Both the position numbers and the translations under genes were made by a program. Positions 7,462 to 16,378 of a stretch of 64,000 bases of DNA are shown here, piece by piece; within the stretch, counting starts at the first letter, position 1, and the number at the start of each line of letters is the position of its first letter. This DNA comes from Desulfovibrionales bacterium (lineage in GTDB: Bacteria > Desulfobacterota > QYQD01): positions 2,840-66,839 of the forward strand of contig JAQURM010000011.1 of the NCBI GenBank assembly GCA_028715605.1. Direction: 5' to 3'. Below the pieces are notes generated by a model. It made no database searches and was not told the origin of the DNA. It was given only the letters and a program-made list of their open reading frames with translations.

Positions 7462-8016
7462 ATGGCCGAACACATTTACATCCAACCAATCTCCTCAGCG
7501 AGAGCTAAAGAACCCGAGGCGTGGCTATCAGAACAAATAGCCCGGCGGCTCGCCGGGCTATTTAATGCGAAGGTCATCATAGAAAAGGAACCCATACCTA
7601 TCCCGGACACGGCTTATAATCCCCGCCGCCACCAATCCAGCGCCGAAATGATCGTCCAGTTTTTTGAAAGAGAAAAGAAATCCGGAAAGGTGCTGGCCGT
7701 CGCCGACTTTGATCTCTATGCGCCTTCTCTGAATTTTGTCTTTGGCCTGGCCGGCCTGCTCACGGATATAGCCGTAATCTCCATTTCCCGTCTCAGGCAG
7801 GAGTTTTATCAACTGCCGGCAAATCCGGCTCTGCTCACCACGCGGGCAATCAAGGAGGCAGTGCACGAGATAGGACATCTCTACGGGCTATCCCATTGTC
7901 CGGACACACGCTGCGTCATGCATTTTTCAAACAGCCTCCAGGATACCGACAGGAAAAGTGAAGAGCCCTGTGCGAAGTGTAGAAAAATGATAAAATGGAA
8001 AGAGGAACCAAAATAA
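7462..8016 (+). CDS. amzA: Archaemetzincin-like zinc metallopeptidase (peptidase M54)
   Basis: HEIGHLYGLSHCPDTRCVMHFSNSLQDTDRKSEEPCAKC fits the HExxHxxGxxxCxxxxCxM...CxxC archaemetzincin signature. Confidence 0.85.
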   Translation: MAEHIYIQPISSARAKEPEAWLSEQIARRLAGLFNAKVIIEKEPIPIPDTAYNPRRHQSSAEMIVQFFEREKKSGKVLAVADFDLYAPSLNFVFGLAGLLTDIAVISISRLRQEFYQLPANPALLTTRAIKEAVHEIGHLYGLSHCPDTRCVMHFSNSLQDTDRKSEEPCAKCRKMIKWKEEPK

Positions 8017-8115
8017 GTAATGTCAAAAGCTCTATGAAAAACAAACCACAGAGTACACTGAGGAAAGACGACTTGAACCGTTTGAACAGTTTATTACTCC
8101 GGCAATTAAAAACTT

Positions 8116-8161
8116 AAATCCCCCCTCACCCCCCCTTGGTAAAGGGGGGATGGGGGGATTT
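8116..8161. repeat. REP-like hairpin, family A
   Basis: The sequence is aaatcccccctcacccccccttggtaaaggggggatggggggattt. Confidence 0.85.
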
Positions 8162-8211
8162 GGCGAGTTTTTATATTTAATCGCCGGAGTAATAACCAGG
8201 TTGAACTGTTA

Positions 8212-9609
8212 TTGATGAGGCAAGATGATATGAAGAAATATAAAGTAATCGTTATAGGCGCCGGACCGTCCGGTCTCTTTAGCTGTCTGGAATTGACCAA
8301 AGCCGGGATCGGCCCCATACTGCTTATTGAACAGGGCAAAGACATTTACGAGAGGACAGATCGCTCCGGTAAAGACCTCCTATGCGGATGGGGAGGCGCC
8401 GGGGCCTTCAGTGACGGCAAACTCACCCTTTCCCCGGATGTAGGGGGATTTCTGGGTGAGATTATACCCCGGAAAGAAGTAAAAAACCTCCTGCAGCAGG
8501 CCGATGATATATTCCTTTCCTTCGGCGCCCCTGCTAAAACCTACAGCCCGCCACGGGAGGTCCTGGATAATCTGGAAATACAGGCCAAGCTGGCCCAGAT
8601 GGAGTTTATCTATTCACCCATAAGACATCTGGGCACGGAGAACTGCGTCAGGGTCCTGACCAACATCCGGGAATATCTACAGGGCAAAATCGGCATCCGG
8701 ACAGAGACCAAAGTGGATCAGATTGTGGTGGAATCAGGCCAGGCAAAGGGAGTGCGATTACCTTCCGGGGAGGTCTTACGGGGAGAATATGTGATTGCCG
8801 CTCCGGGCCGGGTAGGGGCTAGCTGGATGAAAAAAGAAGCGGCCCGCCTGGGTCTTACGGCCACGCCCAATCCGGTGGACCTCGGCGTCCGGGTAGAAGT
8901 GCCCGCGGTAGTGATGCAAAGGCTGACGGATGTGGTTTATGAGGCCAAGCTTATCTACTATTCACAGACCTTTGACGACCGGATTCGAACCTTCTGCATG
9001 AATCCCTATGGCGAGGTGGTCAGTGAGGCCGTCGATGGCCTCATCTCCGTAAACGGCCATAGTTACGCGGAAAAACGCTCGGAAAACACAAATTTTGCGC
9101 TTCTGGTTAGCAGCCGTTTTACCGAACCTTTTGATGATCCTATAGGCTATGGCCGGGCTATTGTTTCCCTGGCCAATCTGTTGGGCAAGGGGGTGATAGT
9201 CCAACGCCTGGGCGATCTGCTGGCCGGGCGGCGCACCACCGAAAAAAGAATTTCCCGATGTATCACCCGTCCGACTCTGCCCGAGGCCACACCCGGCGAC
9301 CTCAGCTTTGTTTTCCCTTACCGCCACCTTAAAAATATCATGGAAATGCTGGAGGCCCTGGAAAGGATTGTGCCCGGTGTATATTCCCGGCACACACTCC
9401 TCTACGGAGTGGAGGTTAAGTTTTACTCACATCGTATTCGTTTGAATACCGAACTGGAATCAGAGGCCAGAAATCTCTTCATCACAGGAGATGGGTCAGG
9501 CATTACCCGGGGACTTATACAGGCTTCGGTGAGCGGTCTGGTAGCCGCCCGGGCCATTATCAAACGGCGCAAAGGTCAGCCTAGAAGAAATTCAAGCCCA
9601 ATATCTTAG
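8212..9609 (+). CDS. FAD-dependent oxidoreductase (COG2509-like uncharacterised dehydrogenase)
   Basis: The N-terminal Rossmann motif is KVIVIGAGPSGLF and the C-terminal motif is ITGDGSGITRG. The true start may be the ATG at 8215 or 8230 (MKKYKVIVIG). Confidence 0.8.
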   Translation: MMRQDDMKKYKVIVIGAGPSGLFSCLELTKAGIGPILLIEQGKDIYERTDRSGKDLLCGWGGAGAFSDGKLTLSPDVGGFLGEIIPRKEVKNLLQQADDIFLSFGAPAKTYSPPREVLDNLEIQAKLAQMEFIYSPIRHLGTENCVRVLTNIREYLQGKIGIRTETKVDQIVVESGQAKGVRLPSGEVLRGEYVIAAPGRVGASWMKKEAARLGLTATPNPVDLGVRVEVPAVVMQRLTDVVYEAKLIYYSQTFDDRIRTFCMNPYGEVVSEAVDGLISVNGHSYAEKRSENTNFALLVSSRFTEPFDDPIGYGRAIVSLANLLGKGVIVQRLGDLLAGRRTTEKRISRCITRPTLPEATPGDLSFVFPYRHLKNIMEMLEALERIVPGVYSRHTLLYGVEVKFYSHRIRLNTELESEARNLFITGDGSGITRGLIQASVSGLVAARAIIKRRKGQPRRNSSPIS

Positions 9610-10855
9610 AGATACGCCACAGCTTACCGGCAGACTCTGTCTCTTCTTCCGGTCCGGTTGATGGGTCGAGCAAGACCTTGGCCAGGGATTCAATAGAACG
9701 GGAAAAGCCCGAATGAGAAAATTCGGTAAAAAGCGGCCTTTTTTTTAGCTCGGCCCTGTTAATAACCTCAGACTCATAAGGCAGGGAGCCTATATAGTTC
9801 GGCTTTAAAACAAACTCTGTCTCGTTGGCATTTATGTTCTCGTCCGCGGTTTTTACGATATTCTCAAAAACCATCCTGCCCTGCCGGGGATTCCTCGTCT
9901 GATTGACGACTATGTAGGGCGCGAAACAATCTTTGGCCTCATATTTCTTATCGCGTCTGAGTTTATTCTCGATTTCCATAAAACGCTGGAACGCGGCTTT
10001 TACACACGCATATCCGCTGATTATATCCTGAGGCGTGGTCACAATGATTATCTCATCCATGGCCATGGCGAAGTCGAGCACCGCATAGCTGATACCCGCC
10101 CCAAGATCAAATATGGTCATATCATAATACTTGCTTGTGGCCAAAAAATGTTTAATAAACTTATGCCGCTGGGTATAATTGAGATTAGCCAGTTTGTACT
10201 CTCCGGCGACCCCTCCTATTAGTTCAAAACCGTAAGCAGTCCGGTAAATAATCTCCTCTATTTTTTTTGCATGGCTGAAAAAATGCTGGAGGCTGCATGA
10301 AGGGAATATCCCCAGTTTGCTGGAGACATCGGCATTGGCCAGATCGCCGTCGATGAGGAGGATGTGTTTACCCAGTTTAGACAGGGCACAGCTCAAGTTA
10401 ATGGAGACATGCGTCTTGCCCACCCCTCCCTTATTCGAGATAACCGCGAGGGTCTTATGGGTAGGCCGAATGTCCTCCAGGCATGATACTTCGGCATCAT
10501 TATATTCCAGGTCTCCGTAAAATGTATCAATCGCCGTTAATATATCGGAAGCAGGCACGGTTACCGGTATCACGTCCTTACCGGTATAAGATTTAACGGC
10601 CTCCAGGGTTTCATAATCGTCAGGGTCGGCCACGGCCACCTGAAGTTTTTCATCCATGACCTTTAACGGCATGCATATAAAATTCCGGGCAAAAACGCCG
10701 TTAAGCTGTCTCACTGCCTCATTTTCAATGCCCATAGCCGCCAGGCCTGTAATTGACGGCCCGGCCCCGGCAGATACAAAAATTTCTCCGCTTTCCATTG
10801 AATTCCCCTCGTTTTGAGCTGATAAGCGATCAGCAGGAAAAGGTTTTTGGTACAT
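9581..10855 (-). CDS. MinD/ParA-type P-loop ATPase with an N-terminal T2SS-E N-terminal-like (GspE_N) domain
   Basis: The deviant Walker A is ISNKGGVGKTHVSINL. The N-terminal part FICMPLKVMDEKLQVAVADPDDYETLEAVKSYTGKDVIPVTVPASDILTAIDTFYG resembles T2SSE_N. A better SD (GAGGGG) precedes the internal ATG at 10798 (MESGEIF..), which is the probable true start. Confidence 0.75.
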   Translation of the reverse strand: MYQKPFPADRLSAQNEGNSMESGEIFVSAGAGPSITGLAAMGIENEAVRQLNGVFARNFICMPLKVMDEKLQVAVADPDDYETLEAVKSYTGKDVIPVTVPASDILTAIDTFYGDLEYNDAEVSCLEDIRPTHKTLAVISNKGGVGKTHVSINLSCALSKLGKHILLIDGDLANADVSSKLGIFPSCSLQHFFSHAKKIEEIIYRTAYGFELIGGVAGEYKLANLNYTQRHKFIKHFLATSKYYDMTIFDLGAGISYAVLDFAMAMDEIIIVTTPQDIISGYACVKAAFQRFMEIENKLRRDKKYEAKDCFAPYIVVNQTRNPRQGRMVFENIVKTADENINANETEFVLKPNYIGSLPYESEVINRAELKKRPLFTEFSHSGFSRSIESLAKVLLDPSTGPEEETESAGKLWRISKILGLNFF

Positions 10856-11137
10856 TTGATAGCTGAACGCTTACTTATAGAAATCGGCAGGAAAAACAAT
10901 TAACTTTAAATAGAAAGGTAATTAATTGAAATGGGGCTCATTCTGCGCCCGGCCACGGTCCGCCTTCGGCGGGCCACGTGCGCCAGAGGCCAACGGAACG
11001 GTGGGTAATAGAATACCACATTGTGGAAAACATTTTCCCTCGAAAGGGTAAAATATTACACACAGAACGCCGCGCTACTAACAAATATCAATTAAAACAA
11101 TAGATTACGAACAACGGAGTGATGGCATGAAATATGC

Positions 11138-11539
11138 TTGCCCATAGCAAAGAGGGAAAAGGGCATGCCACAAAGAGGTAACGGGAACAATACCAGTCTA
11201 ACATCCGCATTCGCCGGGGGGCGAACATCTCCAACCGGGGCGGAATATAAAAAACCGGTAATATGTATTGTATGCCGTAAAAAATGGGAGGTGGTCTGTT
11301 CTACTCCTTATCAATCCAACAGCCCATCCTCCGGGCTGTGTGATATCTGTCAGGTACAAACCGTAACCCCGGTTATTCGCAGAAGGCAATTAAAAGAAGG
11401 TAATTTTGATTGTTTTGGTAAGGCCGCTGGCGGGTTTTGTGACCAGTCTAACTGCAAGTATTTACTGCCATGCCTTCACCTTTCCGCCGTTGCAGCGTCT
11501 TGCAAAGAAAGCTCAGCCACTTTCCATGAGAGAATTTAA
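11138..11539 (+). CDS. Cys-rich hypothetical protein
   Basis: 133 aa with 12 Cys by my count, arranged as CIVC..x8..C, CDIC and CFGKAAGGFCDQSNCKYLLPC. The start is uncertain (the ATG giving MPQRGNG.. is also possible). Confidence 0.5.
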   Translation: MPIAKREKGMPQRGNGNNTSLTSAFAGGRTSPTGAEYKKPVICIVCRKKWEVVCSTPYQSNSPSSGLCDICQVQTVTPVIRRRQLKEGNFDCFGKAAGGFCDQSNCKYLLPCLHLSAVAASCKESSATFHERI

Positions 11540-11561
11540 GCAATAGAGTGGGGAGAGAGAA

Positions 11562-11930
11562 ATGTTGACCAAAGAATCTGTTGCCGCCAAGTGTAACAAG
11601 AACAGTCGGACAGCCGTGATGACGATACCCATGGGATACCGCCTGCCTTTTTTTGTGTTATTTATCCTCTCCTGCTCAATACTTGATTATCTCTTTACCG
11701 TAAGACACATGATAGCCCTGGGACTAAGAGAATTGAACCCGATCATGTATTATCTCTTTACACTGGGCGGGTATCAGGCCTTCCTCTTCAAATATCTTAT
11801 GACCGCCGGGGGACTGCTCCTGCTCTGCGCCCTGAACAGGCATCTGCGTATCAACTGGTTGATTACCGGCATCGCCGTCTTATACAGCATACTTACTCTA
11901 TATCATCTGTGCCTGCTTCGTTTTGCGTAA
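11562..11930 (+). CDS. Small integral membrane protein (DUF5658-like)
   Basis: 122 aa with 3-4 hydrophobic spans. The motif LDYLFTVRHMIALGLRELNPIM resembles DUF5658. Confidence 0.55.
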   Translation: MLTKESVAAKCNKNSRTAVMTIPMGYRLPFFVLFILSCSILDYLFTVRHMIALGLRELNPIMYYLFTLGGYQAFLFKYLMTAGGLLLLCALNRHLRINWLITGIAVLYSILTLYHLCLLRFA

Positions 11931-11975
11931 CAAACAAGCCCTTTCAGCTTTAAGCTTTTACCTATCTTGCCTGTT

Positions 11976-14666
11976 TTATTTCTTCTCCTTGAGCCTTTTC
12001 AGCACATCCCCCAATTTCCTTAGTTCTTCACCGTAGGCGGACCAATTTTCCTCTTTCAGATAGCGCCGGGCGCTTTCAAAATGACGCCAGGCCGACTCCC
12101 CAAGCTCAGAAGGCCGCTCTTCGGCTGCGGACGGGACGGATGCCGACGCCTGGACTGTCCTGGAAAATCCCGATCCAAAGACCCTGGCCAGAGATTGCTC
12201 CAGTGTCTCTTCCATCGCTATAGAGTTTTCGTAGGCTACGATAATACGCTTTAATTCAGGTATCTGTCCGGTTTCGGCCTTGAGATATATGGGCTGCACA
12301 TAGATCAATGACTCCTCGACGGGAATAACCAGAAGCGTCCCGGGGATAACGTTTGAGCCTCGCTGATCCCAAAGCGAAAGCTGCCGGGAAATCTCCGGCT
12401 CCTGATTGATTCTGGACTCGATTTGTCGTGGTCCGTATATGAGTTTCTGTTTGGGAAATCGATAAACTACCAACTTTCCATACTCTTTGGGATCGCATTT
12501 GGCGCACATCCAGGCGGACAGGTTATCTTTCTTACTGGGATTAAACGGCGTCATGAGGATGAACTCTTCTTTGTTCTCGCCCGGAAGCCGCATGATGGTA
12601 TAATAAGGCTCCATCTGGATATTCTCGGCGCGTAAGCTGCCCGGTATTTCCCACAGATCCTCCTTGTTGTAAAAGGCCTGGGGCTCTGTCATGTGATATG
12701 TGGCATATATGCTTGCCTGGGTGCGGAACAACCAGTGCGGATAGCGGAGATGATTCTGAAGATCGGCATCCATGGCGGAAAGAGGCTTGAATACACCGGG
12801 GAATATCCTGGCATAGGTGCGAATTATCGGGTCGCCGGCATCCTTGATAAAAAATTCCACATTCCCATTGTAAGCATCGACCACGGCCACTACCGAGTTG
12901 CGTATATAATTATCTCCGCCTTTCACCCGTCTGGAGTAGGGATACAGATCGGAAGAGGTATAACCGTCTATAAGCCAATAAAGCCTGCCGCCGGAAATTA
13001 CCATATATGGGTCACGATCTATCCGGAGGAAAGGGGCCAGTTTTTTTACCCGCGAATAGACATCGCGGTCAAACAGAATGCGGCTTCCGGGTGTTATATC
13101 CGTGGAAAGAAGTATCTTCAAAGAACCAAACCGAAACGCCCACAAGGCCTTGTCCAATACTGAATTTATTGTGATCCCGTCCCTGCCCTCGTAGCGGGCG
13201 AATACATTTTGTTCCCCGGAAGGATAATCAAATTCCTTAAGCCTGGTATTGACAAAGACATAGTCGTTATCAATCTCTCCGAAGTATATCTCAGGCCTGT
13301 CCACCTTGAGATTGGTCTTGGAAACCGGCGGGATATCCTGAATCATGAGCGCCGGCAGCCCCTCCCGGGTCACCTGATTAACCACGCCCAGGGTCAGCCC
13401 ATAACCGTGGGTATAAATCTGGTGCTCGTTAATCCACACCCGGCTGGGGAGATCGTCATAGGAAAGCTCCCGCGGCGAAAGCATGACCTGACGGTATTCG
13501 CCGTTTATATAGTAGCGGTCATTATCCACAGACAGGAACTTGTAATAAGTCCGTATCTCCTGTATCTGGCCATACGTCTCAAGCAAAGGCTGGTGATCCC
13601 AGAGCCGTATGTTCTTGATGGTCAGGTCGTTTCTGGCCAGGCTGTCCGGCGTCAAGGATGCGGCGGCGGAAAGGTCACGCTCCTCGACACTCGTAATGCC
13701 GTACCCGGCGCGCGTAGCCGCTATATCACGCATGAGGTATGGGGTTTCCTTGGCTATCTCGTTCGGCAACACCACCAGGCGCTGGAGGGCCATGGGGTAG
13801 ATGTGGATACCGAGGAGGTAGATGCCGGCAAAGGCGGCCAGCGTGCCGTAGATGGCCTTAACATTATAGCGAAAGAAGTTGTAAAAGAAAGCGCCGGCTG
13901 TGCCCAGGGAAATCGCGACCATTACATTCAAGGCCGGAAGAAGCCCGTTTTCATCTGCATAACCGGCCCCGAAGACGACGCCGCGGCTTGCATAGAGCAA
14001 GTCGTACCGTGCCAGGAAAAAATAACCGGCTATAATAACAAAAAACGGCGCGCCAAACAGGACCAGATATCTCTTGGCCGGCAGCCGGAAATCGACGCCT
14101 TGCGGCGACAGCACAATCTGCAGGCGGAGGGCGAAGATTCCCAGGGCAGCTAAAAACATTACAAACAGGAGTCTGAACAGCCACCCGAACAAAAATTCGA
14201 TAAACGGCAACTTAAAGATATAAAATCCGATATCATGTCCAAAAAGCGGGTCGCTCTTGCCGAATGGGACTCCGTAAAAGAAACTGAGAAAAGCCTCCCA
14301 CTGAGCCGCCCCATAAAAGGCCATTACTACACCTATCAGAATGGACGCGCCTTTCAAAAGATAGGGGATCTTTTCTGACAGGCGATCCATGGCCGAAAAC
14401 TGTAGATACTCACCGGAGCCAAAGACCGCCGGTCCGCCCCAGCGCTGAGCAAAAACCCCGTTCAGATAAAACAGCAGGCCGGAGACCAGACCAAAGACCA
14501 GCCCCAACAGGGCCTGGATGTTGAATATCCGGGTAAAGAGCAGAGAAAAATCGAGGGACTCAAACCACAACCAGTCCGTATAAAGGGCTGCCGCCGTCTG
14601 CCCAAAGATCAGGGCCAGGAATGCGACCACTGCCGCTATAATAAGAAGACGCCTTGTTTTCTCCAC
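11976..14666 (-). CDS. UPF0182-family large membrane protein (COG1615)
   Basis: 896 aa. The N-terminus has multiple TM spans and the YTDWLWFESL motif, followed by a long soluble domain. It abuts the upstream nifS-like gene. Confidence 0.8.
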   Translation of the reverse strand: MEKTRRLLIIAAVVAFLALIFGQTAAALYTDWLWFESLDFSLLFTRIFNIQALLGLVFGLVSGLLFYLNGVFAQRWGGPAVFGSGEYLQFSAMDRLSEKIPYLLKGASILIGVVMAFYGAAQWEAFLSFFYGVPFGKSDPLFGHDIGFYIFKLPFIEFLFGWLFRLLFVMFLAALGIFALRLQIVLSPQGVDFRLPAKRYLVLFGAPFFVIIAGYFFLARYDLLYASRGVVFGAGYADENGLLPALNVMVAISLGTAGAFFYNFFRYNVKAIYGTLAAFAGIYLLGIHIYPMALQRLVVLPNEIAKETPYLMRDIAATRAGYGITSVEERDLSAAASLTPDSLARNDLTIKNIRLWDHQPLLETYGQIQEIRTYYKFLSVDNDRYYINGEYRQVMLSPRELSYDDLPSRVWINEHQIYTHGYGLTLGVVNQVTREGLPALMIQDIPPVSKTNLKVDRPEIYFGEIDNDYVFVNTRLKEFDYPSGEQNVFARYEGRDGITINSVLDKALWAFRFGSLKILLSTDITPGSRILFDRDVYSRVKKLAPFLRIDRDPYMVISGGRLYWLIDGYTSSDLYPYSRRVKGGDNYIRNSVVAVVDAYNGNVEFFIKDAGDPIIRTYARIFPGVFKPLSAMDADLQNHLRYPHWLFRTQASIYATYHMTEPQAFYNKEDLWEIPGSLRAENIQMEPYYTIMRLPGENKEEFILMTPFNPSKKDNLSAWMCAKCDPKEYGKLVVYRFPKQKLIYGPRQIESRINQEPEISRQLSLWDQRGSNVIPGTLLVIPVEESLIYVQPIYLKAETGQIPELKRIIVAYENSIAMEETLEQSLARVFGSGFSRTVQASASVPSAAEERPSELGESAWRHFESARRYLKEENWSAYGEELRKLGDVLKRLKEKK

Positions 14667-15803
14667 CTAATAGCTCCTTTTTTTTGTTTTTTTGACCGCG
14701 GCCACGATCCAGGAAACGGCCCGGTAAATCTCCTCTTCGGTTGTATATCGGCCCACGGTCAGGCGTATAGCCCCCATCCCAACTTCCCTGGATACCCCCA
14801 TGGCGGCCAGGACGTGTGACAGGGTAACCGAACGGTCATGACAGGCCGCGCCGGTAGAGGCGCATAGACCGGGGATACCGTCCAGTATTTCCCCGCCGGA
14901 CAGGCCGGGGAAGGCGATATTCAGGGTATTGGGGAGTCTTTTATCCTTATGCCCGTTGAGCACTGCGTCCGGAATCTCTGAGGCGATTTTTTCAAAGAGT
15001 TGATCCCTCAGTCTCCTTTGCCGGCCTGCCTCATCATGCAGCCGCCGGGCGGCAACCGCGCAGGCCGCACCCAGGGCCACCGCCAGGACAACATTTTCCG
15101 TGCCGGCGCGGCGGCCCCCTTCTTGTCCCGCGCCATGCAGGAGCGGCTCCAGCGCGGCCCCCTCGCGTATATAGAGGGCGCCGATCCCTTTAGGCGCATA
15201 AACCTTGTGGCCGGCTACGGTCAGAAAATCTACGCCCATATCTTCAACGTAAGTCTCGACCTTTCCTACGGACTGCGCGGCATCACTATGGGAGTAAACA
15301 CCATGCTCCCGCGCCATCGCCCCTATCTCAGCCACGGGCTGGATAGTTCCGGTCTCATTGTTGGCGTGCATGATACTGACCAGAACGGTGTCCTTGCGTA
15401 GCGCCCGGCGGACATCATCCGGATCAACCATGCCATAGCTATCTACGGGAAGAAAGGTGGCTTCCCAGCCATTCTCCATCAAAAAAATAGCCGGCTGCAG
15501 GATGGAAGGGTGCTCAATCCCCGAGGTAATGATATGCTTTCCCTTCTTGCGCAGGGCGTGAGCTACGCCCTTCAATACGGCGTTATTGGATTCCGTACCC
15601 CCACTGGTAAAAACCACTTCTTGCGGCCTGCACCCAAGGAGGCCGGCAACCTGACCCCTGGCAGTTTCCACCGCCGCCCGGGCCTCCCGGCCCATTTGGT
15701 GCGAACTGCCGGGATTGCCCCATTTCTCTTCCATAAAGGGCAGCATGGCCGCAGCTACTTCGCGGTCAACCGGGGTAGTGGCGTTGTAGTCAAGGTAGAT
15801 CAA
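14667..15803 (-). CDS. nifS: Cysteine desulfurase (NifS/IscS, class V aminotransferase)
   Basis: IYLDYNATTP, the PLP-lysine context VAGHKVYAPKGIGALYIR and the active-site loop STGAACHD are present. Confidence 0.9.
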   Translation of the reverse strand: MIYLDYNATTPVDREVAAAMLPFMEEKWGNPGSSHQMGREARAAVETARGQVAGLLGCRPQEVVFTSGGTESNNAVLKGVAHALRKKGKHIITSGIEHPSILQPAIFLMENGWEATFLPVDSYGMVDPDDVRRALRKDTVLVSIMHANNETGTIQPVAEIGAMAREHGVYSHSDAAQSVGKVETYVEDMGVDFLTVAGHKVYAPKGIGALYIREGAALEPLLHGAGQEGGRRAGTENVVLAVALGAACAVAARRLHDEAGRQRRLRDQLFEKIASEIPDAVLNGHKDKRLPNTLNIAFPGLSGGEILDGIPGLCASTGAACHDRSVTLSHVLAAMGVSREVGMGAIRLTVGRYTTEEEIYRAVSWIVAAVKKTKKRSY

Positions 15804-15971
15804 TACAATTCCCTGCCTGTACCGGAAACTCGGAAAATCCCATTACGCCACTCATACTATTGACTGTAACACATAGAGTCAAGAATAAACGACATCCTTG
15901 AATCCACCGCCTATCTTCGTACGAGTTAGCTCTTGACCGTAAACACACTATGGTTGCTGTGCAGCGGTTAT

Positions 15972-16123
15972 TTCAAATCCGAAATCCGAAGCACGAATCT
16001 CGAAACAATATCTAATCACTAAAATTCAAATCCAAAACAATCGGCGTCGCTGCTGTTTGGAACATTGGGAATTTGGACATTTGAATTTGTTTCGGATTTC
16101 GATATTCGATATTCGGATTTGAA
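15972..16123. repeat. Intergenic element with 36-nt inverted arms built from GAAATCCGAA-type words (family D)
   Basis: ttcaaatccgaaatccgaagcacgaatctcgaaaca (15972-16007) pairs with tgtttcggatttcgatattcgatattcggatttgaa (16088-16123). Confidence 0.7.
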
Positions 16124-16378
16124 CCCGGCGGCCTGGTAATCGGAGATCACCGATTGCTCTCTATCAACATTTCGATGGTGTATCAAGGACATCCTTGATA
16201 CATCCCTAAAAAGGGGCATTTTGCGTTACCCTGCGGAGTATTTACCCAAAAATAATGTCTTGGGAAAACAGGCTGCAAATAAATATATAATATAACCAAC
16301 TAGTTATATATAAACGCAGGGGTTGGCATAGAAATGGCAACTTATAAAGATGGAGTATAAGAGAAGGCAGGGCAACAA

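Noticed and set aside
8106-8345. ORFs whose products contain ..SPLYQGGVRGDL.., ..PLFQRGRLYPPLWKRGVRGDF.. or ..PPFRKGGMGGFGEF.. (8106..8345, 36736..37008, 45154..45504)
   Set aside because: These peptides are simply translations of the family-A G/C-tract hairpin repeats. The ORFs span intergenic DNA and run into neighbouring genes.
10900-11137. A possible small RNA in the GC-rich stretch ggggctcattctgcgcccggccacggtccgccttcggcgggccacgtgcgcc.. with a UUCG-loop hairpin
   Set aside because: I see only short local hairpins (ccgcc-ttcg-gcggg, ccct-cgaa-aggg), with no recognisable Rfam-type core and no second copy in the window. The evidence is insufficient.
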